From positions 9,362,001-9,426,000 of the forward strand of contig CATNEN010000001.1 of NCBI GenBank assembly GCA_950097015.1: DNA of 64,000 nucleotides. Direction: 5' to 3'. The stretch comes from Macrostomum hystrix (lineage: Eukaryota > Animalia > Platyhelminthes). Below are positions 1-10,120 of this stretch, one piece after another; positions within the stretch are counted from its first letter, which is position 1; each line of letters opens with the position of its first letter. Position numbers and translations under genes: made by a program. A model generated the notes under the pieces. The model was not told the DNA's origin and searched no databases. It was given only the letters and a program-made list of their open reading frames with translations.

Positions 1-220
1 CGATTCCGCGGCGAGGCCACATTCATGTGGGGCGCGACTTCGGAGAGAAGGCTTGGGGCCTTTCGCGCAATTTACGCCCTAGAGGTCCACTTTGAACACT
101 TTGTATACACTGCTTGAGGATAAAAATTTAAAACTGCCGATTCTAAAAATCCTTTTTTTTCTTAGATTTTTTCCTGTCGAATATTACCATTTTAACCGTC
201 AACTCTTAGAGTAGCAGCTT

Positions 221-495
221 GGGGGTGAGTGGCAGAGCGGTTAACGATTCCGCGGTGAGGCCACATTAAATTTAGGCGCCCTTAAGAACCAACCTCCAAG
301 GCACAGTGAGAGTGTACACTGGCTGACGATGATAAAGTAAGGGCAGATGTACAAACTTGTGTGTGTGTGCCTGCGTACGGTATCTGTGTGCGTGTGTGCT
401 CAGGAGTCAGCGGAATGGGCAGAATTGCCTACTCGCTGGCTGCGGGTCAAGTGGCACCAAATGACGTGTGATTGTCTACGGCCCTCCTGTACAAT
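221..495 (+). mobile_element. tRNA-derived SINE family 1 copy (internally deleted); a further fragment lies at 1-~95
   Basis: Head GGGGGTGAGTGGCAGAGCGG (A-box-like), CGATTCCGCGG.GAGGCCACATT, and body CCAACCTCCAAGGCACAGTGAGAGTGTACAC...GGAGTCAGCGGAATGGGCAGAATT are shared with copies at 2250, 16575 and 20408. Confidence 0.7.
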
Positions 496-525
496 TAATT
501 TTTATTATTAACCGATTCGGTCCAG

Positions 526-1016
526 GTGCCCCGGGCCAGGCTGGAGTGAACGGAACTGACTCGACTGGTGCGATGGACTCGAACCGCGGCTACGGTGGCA
601 GCAACGGCATGGCCGGCTTGAACAATCCGAACTCCACCCAGGTCGGTAGTAGTCACGGCGGCTGCGGGGCTGGCTGGCTGGGCAAGGCCTTAAATGCGAG
701 GCGAAGCTCGAATGACGGCGAGAGAGGCGGCGGTCTGGCCGACAATTGGCTCGGTGGCGTCGCCGGCGAAGGCGGTATTGGCGATGGCGGCTTCGGCGGC
801 GGCGGCGGTGGTGGCAGCGGGACAACGACCCAGTTTGGAGCAGCCGGAGCCGGCGGCGGCTACAGCGGAGGAGGCGCGGGGTTGAGTTTCAACCACGCCG
901 GCGGCGGTGGCGGTTCGTTCTGCGGCGGCGGCGGCTGCATTGCGAGTACCGGTGGAAACGTCGATAGCGACCAAGGCCTTGTGTTCTTTCGCCTGTTGGC
1001 TCCATCTAGCTGCTAG
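526..1016 (+). CDS. Last exon of an ALK/LTK-type glycine-rich-domain protein (paralog 1; upstream exons lie outside the window)
   Basis: Acceptor tccag at 521-525, phase 1 (G|GT GCC CCG). Motifs GCGAGW, GGFGGGGG, AGAGGGYSGGG and GGGGGSF are typical of the ALK/LTK glycine-rich (Gly_rich_2-type) domain. Stop TAG at 1014-1016. Same phase and aligned sequence as the last exon of the next gene. Confidence 0.75.
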
Positions 1017-1357
1017 TCCGTCTAGGAAAGATTCGGCCTCATAAAAAACAACTATTTTATAACAGTTGATATTTTATAATTAATATTTTGAATTTTCTGA
1101 AAAACTAGTGGAATAGTCAAAAGTTCCCAAATCGAGTTTAAGCATAAAAAGCAACTGATTAGAAAAAGTTTTCTTGTTTTTCAACTCTGTTTTATCTTTC
1201 CAACAACGCGATGGAGCTCTTGGTGATAATATATTGATTATTTTATAGCTGCAGTCACTGCAATTACAGCTACTTCATGTAGCTGAAGTAGAAATCATGT
1301 ACTAGCTTTTGAGATGGTGTTGGTCCGCTACGAGTAAAGAAACATTTAGCCGACCAA

Positions 1358-1640
1358 AGGGTACAAAAACCTTTTTTAATACGCGGGTCAAAGAAAGAGT
1401 TCAAAGGGCGACAGCTGGCCGCATGGAAGACGCGGGACACGGGACACGGGAGAGATGAGTCACGGGAGAGATGAGTCACGGGAGAGATGAGTCACGGGAG
1501 AGATGAGTCACGGGAGAGATGAGTCACGGGAGAGATGAGTCACGGGAGAGATAGGATTACGGAAGAGAGAAGATACGGAAGAGATGAGACACAGGAGAGA
1601 TGAGACACGGGAGATATGAGACGAGATAGATGGGACACCA
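1358..1640 (+). repeat. 16-bp satellite (GAGACACGGGAGAGAT family) preceded by a degenerate left arm of the hAT-type MITE
   Basis: The array lies at ~1430-1640. Sequence 1389 CAAAGAAAGAGTTCAAAGGGCGACAGCTGGCCGCAT resembles 53519 CAAAGAGAGAACCTAAAAGACGACAGCGGGCCGCAT of the MITE. Confidence 0.65.
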
Positions 1641-2180
1641 GAGATTCGGTAAGTTTAATCGCTGCTTGAGGTATACACAAACTAAATTCAGTTGGTGGAG
1701 AACAATTAATGAACTTCAGTACGCCCTCACCGTTCCGATGGGAATGCACGCATGATAGAACATCAGTTTTGCTTTGTCTGCCATGTCATGTTAGTGCCTG
1801 ATTGAATGACTAAAAGTATACTTAACTCTGTTTGCCCTCTCAATTCTATAAAACCCAGCACTTTCCAACAACATCTGCGCGACACTCACCTTTGTTAGCT
1901 CCGTCAACGCTCAAGCACTTCCCTAACCTGGTTGTCTAGTACCGAACAGGCTTGAAATTTCTGAGATAACTGTTAGATACACAAGAGCTGTATTGTCTAG
2001 AAGTGGCAAACAAAAAAGCTTGCAATTAAACCGCTGCCTAGAAGAGGGCATGACCGAACGACCCCTTGTCAATTTGCGCTGCAGACAGACGCTCTTGAGT
2101 TGTAGATAAATTGCAGTGAAAAAAAATTAAATTCGCTTTGCCATTACGAAATCAAGTTTAGAGTTTTAAGAGTGCGAGAT

Positions 2181-4241
2181 ATGGACGTCAGACGTTTGCT
2201 TGGTTGTTTATGGATCCTGATGTGGACTCATTTGCAAGGTAAGCTTACTGGAGGTTAGTTGAAGAGCGGTCTAACGAGTTTGCCTCTCGCACCAAGGTTC
2301 CTGAGCTCGATTCCGCGGCGAGGCCACATTCATTTAGGGCGCATCCGCGTAGAGCAGGCTGGGGGGCTTGTCGTGCAAGTTATACTCAAGAGGACACACC
2401 TTTATGTATCAGTGTGCGTGTGTGCTTAAGAGTCAGCGGAATGGGCAGAATTACCTCCTCGCCGGCTGCGGGTCCAGTGCCATCAAATGACGTGCTAGTG
2501 CCCACAGCTCTCCAGCAATTATTATTTTTTTTATGTACTTTTCTCTGCTCGAACTAGCTGCTTCGGCGCAGTCGCTGACATCGCGCGGCTACTCGGAGAC
2601 CGGAAGCCCGATGCTGCTGCTGCTGTTCAACGGTTCAAGCGGCTCCGAGCTGGTCAGCTTTGACAGCGTCCACTCCGAGTTCGACTGCCTGATGCGCTGT
2701 CAAATGGGAGGCTGCGCTGTAGCATCTCACAGCGCGACCAGCGCGCGCTGTCAACTGACGATGCTGACAGTCGACAGCACCGGACGGCAGCCCGAGTTCA
2801 GCAAGTGCGGAGTGCTTGTCAGCAGAACTGCCGCCGTTGACTCCAAGCTGTGGATCGGTGAACAGTCCAATGTGCGCCTCGGCAGCCCGAACCTCACCGC
2901 TGAGTCTGCGCTCATGGTGTTTCAGAGTAAGCGCGATGCATTTACTACAAAACAGTTTTTTATCAGCTCCTGTCTGGGTGTGAGTGGCAGAACGGGGGTA
3001 ACGCTAGCCAAGTTGCCTAAGCTCAAATGGCGGCAATGCCACATTAATTTGGGCCTTTGAGACGAAATTCAAACAGCTCCGCGGAATCGAGCCCAGCGAC
3101 CTTGGTGCGAGAGGCAAACGTGTTAGACCGCTCTGCCACCGATCCGATTGATCACTTCAGGGGGCAGCACGGGTCGCAGCGGTCTCATTCAAAGCCTGAG
3201 CATTGCGGTGAGCGGCTGCTACCGCATCACCGTCTCCGGTGCCAAAGGTGGCGATTCGAATTTTCACAGCAAGGTTGGCGGCAACGGCGCCTCCGCCAGC
3301 GGCTACTTCTTCCTGGAAGTCGGCACTCAGCTCAGCATCGTGGTCGGTCAGATGGGAACCTCGGAGAACACCGAACTGGCCGGCGCCGGCGGCGGCGGAG
3401 GTAGCTTCGTGTACCGGACTGCGGACAATGTGCTGCTGGTGGCGGCTGGCGGCGGTGGCGGAGCTTCGGGCACCGTCAACGGTAGGAGCTGTTTGGGGTA
3501 GAGCGAACACTACACAGAGTTATTGTCGATGAATACAAATTGATTGCAGTTCAAGGCATTTTTACGAATGCCTTGTCGCTTTCAAACACTACAAAAAACT
3601 TTTGTGTCAATAGAGTATTATTACCCGTGCTTAGAGCGGAATAGATCTTTGATCTTTGATCTTTGATCGAATAGAGCGGAGAATTTGGATTCTGGATTTG
3701 TTGCTGCAGACGATTGGTGCTCCAAAATTATAGCTCACCTCATTGCATGACTTCAGGAGTCCCTGGTCAGGCGCACGAAAGTGGAGCCGACTCAACTCAG
3801 TCCTCAGCAACCGACAAGGGAGGATCGAACGGTCAGCCGGGGTCCTGTTCGCCGAGCTCCACCGTTTCGGCTCACAACCAAGCCGGCTGCGGAGCCGGTT
3901 GGCTTGGCGACGGGGCGGCCAGACGAAACACCGCTAATGGACAGGGCGGTCAGAGCCGAACCAGCGGCTGGCTGGGCGGCACTGGCGGATCCGGCAGCTC
4001 GGCCAATGGCGGCTTCGGAGGCGGCGGCGGTGGCAGCGGAGCGAACCTGGCCGCCACTCCGGTTGTTCACGGCGCTCCAGGAGGCGGCGGCGGATTCAGC
4101 GGCGGCGGCGCTGGCGTCTCCTGCAGAGCTGCCGGCGGTGGCGGCGGCTCATTCTGCGGCGGCGTCGACTGCTCAACCGCGTCCGGCGCTGTCAACGGTC
4201 ACGGCGCAGTCTCTGTGATTCTGCTGGCTTCGCTTAACTGA
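2181..4241 (+). CDS. Secreted protein: signal peptide + PAN/apple-like Cys domain + ALK/LTK-type glycine-rich domain (paralog 2)
   Basis: Exons 2181-2238 (MDVRRLLGCLWILMWTHLQ, donor gtaagc), 2558-2926 (EFDCLMRCQMGGC...ARCQL, donor gtaagc), 3161-3481 (IQSLSIAVSGCYRITVSGAKGG...LSIVVGQMG...GGGGGSFV...LLVAAGGGGG) and 3757-4241. All junctions are phase 1 and in frame. No TM segment before the stop. Confidence 0.75.
2250..2520 (+). mobile_element. SINE family 1 copy (intronic)
   Basis: GAGCGGTCTAACG...GAGCTCGATTCCGCGGCGAGGCCACATTCAT (B-box-like) followed by the family body. Head fragments also at ~2976-3060 (+) and ~3075-3140 (-). Confidence 0.7.
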
Positions 4242-4349
4242 TTGACCATAGCTTTGGATCCATTTTGACAAAGTTTTTTGAGGACATGCCGACAGAGAAA
4301 CACAAATTTCAGAGCTCGAGTTTGGCGGAATAGATAGCAATGATTGACT

Positions 4350-4625
4350 ACACCTGCCTCAATTGGGCCAGATGTGCAGCCGACAGCACAGCCGCAGCTA
4401 TTGCGCGGTGCATCTGAAGACTGCGTACGGCTGTTCAGTCCATGGACTGGGGGGACGCCACACCCACCCTCAATTACCTCAGCTGATGCTGGTAGCCATT
4501 TAATAGCTGGGTGAACTGAAGCAATGCTGAATTTTAAGTTTCTTGCTAAAAGCACAGTTTTATCCTGTCGGGAGTCAGGAATCGAACTCCCGACCTTCGG
4601 CTACAAGCTTCCCGAGTATGACCAA
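4350..4625 (-). mobile_element. tRNA-derived SINE family 2 copy
   Basis: B-box GGAGTTCGATTCC on the minus strand (~4578-4590). Body TTCAGTCCATGGACTGGG...CACACCCACC...CAGCTGATGCTGG...AGCTGGGTGAACTGAAGCAATG is shared with 35483-35580. Confidence 0.6.
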
Positions 4626-5025
4626 TGAGTTCCGTGTGATTTTTTAAGCAAAACTGTGCAGTCATCGATTTGGAATATGAAGGAGATTACCGCGTTACAA
4701 GCTGTGAGCGATATTATCTTTTACGTTGTAGTTTTCCTAATTCTAAAGACTACATTTATTTTAATCAACTTCTAAAGAATTATTAAACTATTTTGTGATT
4801 AAATACACAGCCGTAGCCCGAAATAAGTTGGCTCAGGTCGAAACACCACCTTGCCTTATTTTATAGGTTCTTTTCTCAACTTTGAATAATATCATGAGGT
4901 CATTCACTACACTCTAAAGCCGTTCAATATCTCCTGAAGTTAAGTCACTAAGAATCTCCTGAAGTCATTCAGTATCTCCTGAAGTCATCCAATATCTCCT
5001 GAAGTCATTCACTATCTCTTGAAGT

Positions 5026-5243
5026 TGTGGGGTTCCTGCGTGGTGTGTTGTGCGTTGGCTCGTCTTGTCTGATTGGTCTAAATGTACATGGCGTCGGCCT
5101 TTCACCCGCTTGGGGGTGGGGCTGGCTTTAGCCTATTTTATTATTCATCGTGCTCATCACTGCCCTGCTCGTATATATTGAATCGTTATGCCAAATAAAC
5201 TCGTGCGTACTTTCTGACAATCTAAATTTCGCCGGCTCTTACA
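5026..5243 (+). repeat. 5' LTR
   Basis: TGTGGGGTTCC...GGCTCTTACA. Contains a TATA-like TATATATT and AATAAA. Confidence 0.95.
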
Positions 5244-5244
5244 T

Positions 5245-5255
5245 TGGTGGCAGCG
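5245..5255 (+). promoter_or_regulatory. Primer-binding site, probably tRNA-Leu
   Basis: TGGTGGCAGCG starts 1 nt after the LTR. It is complementary to CGCTGCCA-CCA, the 3' end of metazoan tRNA-Leu(AAG/TAG) (from recall). Confidence 0.7.
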
Positions 5256-5275
5256 AGCTAGAACCCAGAGCTCTA

Positions 5276-6103
5276 ATGGCCTACTCAAATGCACTTATGC
5301 CGCCAAAGTTTAGTGGCACAGACGACACTGACGTGCGAAGATGGCTGCGTATGTTTGAGGAATTCAGCCAGGATGCAAAGTGGGACGACGAAACATCGGC
5401 GTCAAAAGTCAAACTGTTGCTCACTGGAGAGGCGCAACTGATCGTCTGGGATCTCGAGCCGACGAAGCAGAAGAGCTACAAAGAAATTGAAACCGCGCTT
5501 ACAAAATTTTATGGTGGCGAGTCTGACAGCTTCAAGGCCATGAACACATTCCACGCAAGGAAGCGCGGAGAGAACGAGACGCTACGCGAGCTGTGCTTTA
5601 ACCTGAGGCTGCTTCATCAGAAAGCCAGGCCGAACGATTCAACACAGCAGCGAGATCGGGACGTGCGTTTCAAGCTTCTGCACCTGCTCAATCCTGACAT
5701 CCGCGACAGCCTTTTAAAGGCAGAGGACGCGGAGACTTGCAGCCTGGAGTCTATGCTGCAGCGAGCAGCCCGACAGGAAGGTCTGGTAGGGCGACCATCA
5801 GTTACAGCAGTCAAGGCTGTTGGCGCCACTACTACGGAAATTCATGCGACATCTGACCGCCTCGATCGGCTGGAGCGGTGCATGGAGGAGCTCATCGCCA
5901 GGGTCAGCGTGCAGCCAGGCAGCGATCCTCGGCGACGCCGGCAGCAACGAGCAGGCGCCTGCTTCAGCTGCGGTCAGCCCGGGCACCTGGCAGCTCATTG
6001 TCGCCAGCGCGAGAAGAAGCTGGGCCCAATCATCTGTCACAAATGCTCAGGGAAGGGGCACAAAGCCTCCGTCTGCCCATCCAAGGCCCAGGGAAACTTC
6101 TAA
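5276..6103 (+). CDS. gag: Gag with two CCHC zinc knuckles
   Basis: ATG at 5276, downstream of the PBS. N-terminus PPKFSG...WLRMFE. Knuckles CFSCGQPGHLAAHC and CHKCSGKGHKASVC. Confidence 0.9.
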   Translation: MAYSNALMPPKFSGTDDTDVRRWLRMFEEFSQDAKWDDETSASKVKLLLTGEAQLIVWDLEPTKQKSYKEIETALTKFYGGESDSFKAMNTFHARKRGENETLRELCFNLRLLHQKARPNDSTQQRDRDVRFKLLHLLNPDIRDSLLKAEDAETCSLESMLQRAARQEGLVGRPSVTAVKAVGATTTEIHATSDRLDRLERCMEELIARVSVQPGSDPRRRRQQRAGACFSCGQPGHLAAHCRQREKKLGPIICHKCSGKGHKASVCPSKAQGNF

Positions 6104-6139
6104 GGGTTGGTGCGACGGGTGCGGGACCCATACCAACCC
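6091..6139 (+). promoter_or_regulatory. -1 programmed ribosomal frameshift signal
   Basis: Slippery G GGA AAC at 6091-6097, a 6-nt spacer, then stem GGGTTGGTG (6104-6112) / TACCAACCC (6131-6139) enclosing an inner GGGT/ACCC stem. Confidence 0.85.
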
Positions 6140-9100
6140 ACAGGAGCTATCCCGTTCTGCATGCTATTTTTATTCCTGGCCTAGCGAATGGCATGCCGTG
6201 CCGGTGGCTGCTGGACACCGGAGCGCAGACATCTCTTATCAGCGACATCGCCGTGAGATCGCTTGGGGTCAGCAACGACCTGAAACCAGCAGAGGTTAAA
6301 CCGGTATCGGTGGATGGCACCACCCTCGAGCTGCTGGGCAGTACAAGCCTGTCGGTGCGACTGGGCAAGCAGCTGACCAGCCATCTCGAAGTGCTGGTGG
6401 TGAAAGGAATTCGGCCTGACTTCATCCTTGGAATGGACTTCATCAGCAGGATGGCTTCATCGCAATTTAGCATCGACCAGAAGGCACAGACGGTTACCTT
6501 TGACAAGGCTTCCGTCCCGTTCAGCAGCACCGAGTCTGAACGAGGAGCGTCGTCGTCCTGCTGCATGGTTCCCACGGTGCTCATCGCCCGAGTTCAAGAC
6601 GCTGTAGTCGTGCCCCCGAGAGCGACGAAGGTTGTCAAGGTGGCAATCGAAACAAAGCAGGCCCAGGGCATTTTCGAACCTTCCCAGGAGTTCGTTGACA
6701 AAACTGGAGTGCTGCCCTGCCGAGTGTTCGCAGTGTCTTCGAACGATGGAAGAATCCCAGTGCGGGTGTGCAATCTGGGATGCACTCCAGTCACGCTGTA
6801 CTCCAACCAGAACATCGGAACCTTCGAGAGCGCCGATATCGTCGAGGAGGACGAGGACTTGCACGACTGGCGAGGCCCTGCGGACCAATTCAACATCAAC
6901 CCGGATCTGCCAGCAGTCGACGGCGACCGACTAAAGGCTCTGCTGGCACATTTCGCCGATGTTGTCTCGGCACACGAATTCGACGTAGGGACGAGTGGTG
7001 CTGCACAACACAAGATCGAGCTGGAAGACTGCGCACATCCGATTCGTCAGCGACCCCGTCGTGTGCCGCACGCCTTCAGGAAGCAAGTGGACGAGAAGCT
7101 TGCTCAAATGCAAAAACATGGCGTCATCGAGCCGTCTTCAAGCCCATGGGCCAGCAATCTCATGATCGTCAGGAAGAAGAACAATGACATCCGAGTCTGC
7201 GTAGACTGGCGAGCGCTAAACAGACTCACTGTCAAGGATGCTCACCCGCTGCCGCACTTGCACCAGGCACTCGACTCTCTGGCTGGCTGCACCTGGTTTT
7301 CTACCATCGACATGCGACAAGGCTTCCTCCAGGTGGAAGTCAGGGAGGAGGACCGGCCGTTAACTGCTTTCTACACTCCGAGCGGCTTGATGCAGTTCAG
7401 GAAAATGGGATTTGGCATGTGCAATGCGCCAGCAACCTATCAGCGCATGATGGAACTCATTATGACAGGGCTCAGCTGGGAGGAGGTCATCGCCTATATC
7501 GACGATCTCATCATCTTCAACAAGGACTTCGGAAGTCATCTCCAGTCGTTGTCCAATGTTCTTCAGCGTCTGCGGTCCGCCAAACTGAAGCTGAACCCTG
7601 GCAAGAGCTTCTTCGCCTATCGGAAGGTCACCTACCTGGGCCACGAGGTTTCCGAGAGCGGCATCGCACCGTCGGCAGAGAAGGTCGAGGCGATCAGACA
7701 GATGCCAGACCCGCGGTCGGACCAGGACGTCCGGCGCATCCTCGGCATGCTGAGCTTCTACCGCCGGTTTGTGCCCAACTTCTCCGACATCGCCAAGCCG
7801 CTGCACCATCTGGCACAGAAAAGCGCTGGGGGTTTCGCATGGACAGACGAGCATGCGGCAGCACTAGCCAAGCTGAAGGATGCTCTTACCCAGGCTCCCG
7901 TGCTCCAGCTGCCAGACTTCAATCGACCCGTTACCATCAGCTGTGACAGCAGTGCCGTCGCTTTGGGTGCGGTGCTCAGCCAGGAGCGAGACGGCGAGGA
8001 TCTGCCGGTGGCCTATGCCTCCAGAACGCTGAGCAAGGCCGAGCGCAACTACAGCACCACGGACCGAGAGCTCCTGGCCGTGGTATGGAGTCTCAAGCAG
8101 TTTCGAATGTACCTGAGTAATAGCAGCCGTATCCAGGTGTTCACCGACCAAAAGCCGATCATCGGACTGCTGAACACCAAGGAGCCTGCGGGACGGTTGG
8201 CGCGCTGGCTGCAGCTCATCCAGGAGTTTCCGCTGGAGATCCTTTACCGGCCTGGCAAGGAGAACATCGTGCCGGACGCTCTCAGCCGAGTAGCCGCGGT
8301 GCAATTTAAGACCGCCAACCTGCCGGAAGAGCAAGACCTGGACCAGATTCTACACGCGGCACGTCAGGCGATGCTACAGCCCGACTTCCAGGTCCCTGCT
8401 GCTGTGAGTTCGGCGGTTCACAGACTGATGCCTGGCCTGTCGATGTCACCGGCCGGCGCGCTGCTTCACAACGGGCTGCCAGTGATTCCTCAGCACATGC
8501 GTGCGGAGCTGCTGCAACAGGCGCATGACCTGCCTAGCGCCGGGCATCTCGGACAACGTCGAGTTCTGCGAGCGCTGCAAGCTCGCGCCTGGTGGCCGGA
8601 AATGCGCGAAGACGTACGAGACTGGGTGCGCAGCTGTACGGTCTGCCAGCGCCGGAAGGGAGCGCCGAAGAGAGCCCGTGCCGAGCTCGTGCGGCAGCCG
8701 TTGCCTGCCCGACCATGGTCAATCGTGCAGCTTGACATTAAGGGACCCTTGCCGGCCACCGCGTCTGGTAAGCGCTACATTCTGTGCTTTGTTGACACCT
8801 TCTCAAAGTGGGTTGAAACGGCAGTCCTTAGCCAGATCGACGCCAAGACGGTGGCTGAGGCCCTGGTGACTGCCGTGGTACTGCGACACGGTGTTCCGGA
8901 AGTCGTGCACTCGGACCAGGGTCGGCAGTTCGAGGCCGAGCTGTTCAAGGAGACTTGCGCGCTGCTGGGCACAGAGAAGTCGAGGACATCACCGTTTCAT
9001 CCCAGTGGCAACGGCAACGTCGAGAGGTTCAACCGAACGTTAGGCAACATGCTGTCAGCTTTCTGCGCAGCGAACCAGACCAGCTGGGACATTCTGCTAC

Positions 9101-9771
9101 CCTACGTTGTGTGGGGTTACAACAGCTCGGCGCACAGCTCTACGGGCGAGTCGCCCTTCAAGGTTCTGCGGGGCATGGAGCCGCGACAGCCCGCAGACCT
9201 GCTGCTCGGTGTCCAAGGGCAACAGGACCTGCCGAGGAGCTGCGAGGACCTCCAGGCAAGAATCCGACGCGGCTTTCAGGTGGTCCGAGCGAATCTGCAA
9301 TCAGCTCAAAGCTCTCAGCACGCGTTTTACAACCGAGGCGCCGAGACTGTCGAGTTTAAGGTCGGGGACCTGGTGATGCTGACGAACCAGGCGATGAAGC
9401 GCGGCCAGTGTAAGTCACTATCGAACAGGTGGTCCGGCCCGTACACCATCATCAAGAAGGTCGGCCCCGTGAACTACCGAGTGCGCTCCGAGAACGGCAG
9501 GCGTAAATTATTGGTGCACCATGATCGAATGAAGCCGTTCGTCAGCCGAACTGACAACGCAGCGACCCAGCCGGCGGCGCAGCCGGCGACCCAGCCGGCG
9601 AGCCAGCCGGCGGCCCTTCCAGCAGCCGCTGACGCGAGCCACGACCCGGAGCTGGACGGCCCTGGCACCTGGGAGTTGCTGCGCGAGCCCGCGGCTGGCG
9701 AGTGTCAGGGAGGGCCCCGTCGCTCAGGAAGGCAGCGGCGACCTCCTGACTATTTCAGAGCGTCTTGGTAG
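6091..9771 (+). CDS. pol: Pol (protease, RT, RNase H, integrase), expressed by -1 frameshift
   Basis: Motifs LLDTGA, YIDD, CDSS...RELLAV...FTDQ (RNase H), H-H-C-C, D,D(35)E-type integrase core and WSGPY (GPY/F). Uninterrupted ORF in the -1 frame relative to gag. Confidence 0.93.
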   Translation, partial: GKLLRVGATGAGPIPTHRSYPVLHAIFIPGLANGMPCRWLLDTGAQTSLISDIAVRSLGVSNDLKPAEVKPVSVDGTTLELLGSTSLSVRLGKQLTSHLEVLVVKGIRPDFILGMDFISRMASSQFSIDQKAQTVTFDKASVPFSSTESERGASSSCCMVPTVLIARVQDAVVVPPRATKVVKVAIETKQAQGIFEPSQEFVDKTGVLPCRVFAVSSNDGRIPVRVCNLGCTPVTLYSNQNIGTFESADIVEEDEDLHDWRGPADQFNINPDLPAVDGDRLKALLAHFADVVSAHEFDVGTSGAAQHKIELEDCAHPIRQRPRRVPHAFRKQVDEKLAQMQKHGVIEPSSSPWASNLMIVRKKNNDIRVCVDWRALNRLTVKDAHPLPHLHQALDSLAGCTWFSTIDMRQGFLQVEVREEDRPLTAFYTPSGLMQFRKMGFGMCNAPATYQRMMELIMTGLSWEEVIAYIDDLIIFNKDFGSHLQSLSNVLQRLRSAKLKLNPGKSFFAYRKVTYLGHEVSESGIAPSAEKVEAIRQMPDPRSDQDVRRILGMLSFYRRFVPNFSDIAKPLHHLAQKSAGGFAWTDEHAAALAKLKDALTQAPVLQLPDFNRPVTISCDSSAVALGAVLSQERDGEDLPVAYASRTLSKAERNYSTTDRELLAVVWSLKQFRMYLSNSSRIQVFTDQKPIIGLLNTKEPAGRLARWLQLIQEFPLEILYRPGKENIVPDALSRVAAVQFKTANLPEEQDLDQILHAARQAMLQPDFQVPAAVSSAVHRLMPGLSMSPAGALLHNGLPVIPQHMRAELLQQAHDLPSAGHLGQRRVLRALQARAWWPEMREDVRDWVRSCTVCQRRKGAPKRARAELVRQPLPARPWSIVQLDIKGPLPATASGKRYILCFVDTFSKWVETAVLSQIDAKTVAEALVTAVVLRHGVPEVVHSDQGRQFEAELFKETCALLGTEKSRTSPFHPSGNGNVERFNRTLGNMLSAFCAANQTSWDILLPYVVWGYNSSAHSSTGESPFKVLRGMEPRQPADLLLGVQGQQDLPRSCEDLQARIRRGFQVVRANLQSAQSSQHAFYNRGAETVEFKVGDLVMLTNQAMKRGQCKSLSNRWSGPYTIIKKVGPVNYRVRSENGRRKLLVHHDRMKPFVSRTDNAATQPAAQPATQPASQPAALPAAADASHDPELDGPGTWELLREPAAGECQGGPRRSGRQRRPPDYFRASW

Positions 9772-9902
9772 CCAATTTAGGTACTGTGTGACAGGGACTG
9801 TAGTTTTTGGACTATTTTTGTTATGCATTTTGAATTTTTTTTCGTTGTGTTTTATTGCCTTTTTTTGTTGCTTCCCCTTGCGCTTTTCTTGGGGGAGAGT
9901 AA

Positions 9903-10120
9903 TGTGGGGTTCCTGCGTGGTGTGTTGTGCGTTGGCTCGTCTTGTCTGATTGGTCTAAATGTACATGGCGTCGGCCTTTCACCCGCTTGGGGGTGGGGCT
10001 GGCTTTAGCCTATTTTATTATTCATCGTGCTCATCACTGCCCTGCTCGTATATATTGAATCGTTATGCCAAATAAACTCGTGCGTACTTTCTGACAATCT
10101 AAATTTCGCCGGCTCTTACA
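9903..10120 (+). repeat. 3' LTR
   Basis: Identical to the 5' LTR and preceded by the polypurine tract. Confidence 0.95.

Larger units (their letters stand above)
5026..10120 (+). mobile_element. Intact Ty3/Gypsy LTR retrotransposon
   Basis: LTRs 5026-5243 and 9903-10120 (218 bp, TG...CA, identical by eye). 4-bp TSD AAGT at 5022-5025 and 10121-10124. PBS TGGTGGCAGCG at 5245. PPT GGGGGAGAG at ~9891-9899. Domain order PR-RT-RH-IN. Confidence 0.97.

Noticed and set aside
320-345. Hammerhead ribozyme in SINE family 1 (CTGACGATGA...AAAG)
   Set aside because: The CUGANGA and GAAA core elements are not arranged with the required three stems and are not conserved between copies.
468-4241. Glycine-rich ORFs as bacterial PE-PGRS proteins or horizontal transfer
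   Set aside because: They have spliceosomal introns of conserved phase and ALK/LTK-type motifs, and no PE domain.
5150-5275. N-terminal extension of gag and ORF 9823-10008
   Set aside because: These lie within LTR, PBS or PPT sequence. The credible gag start is the ATG at 5276, and no env-like ORF is present.
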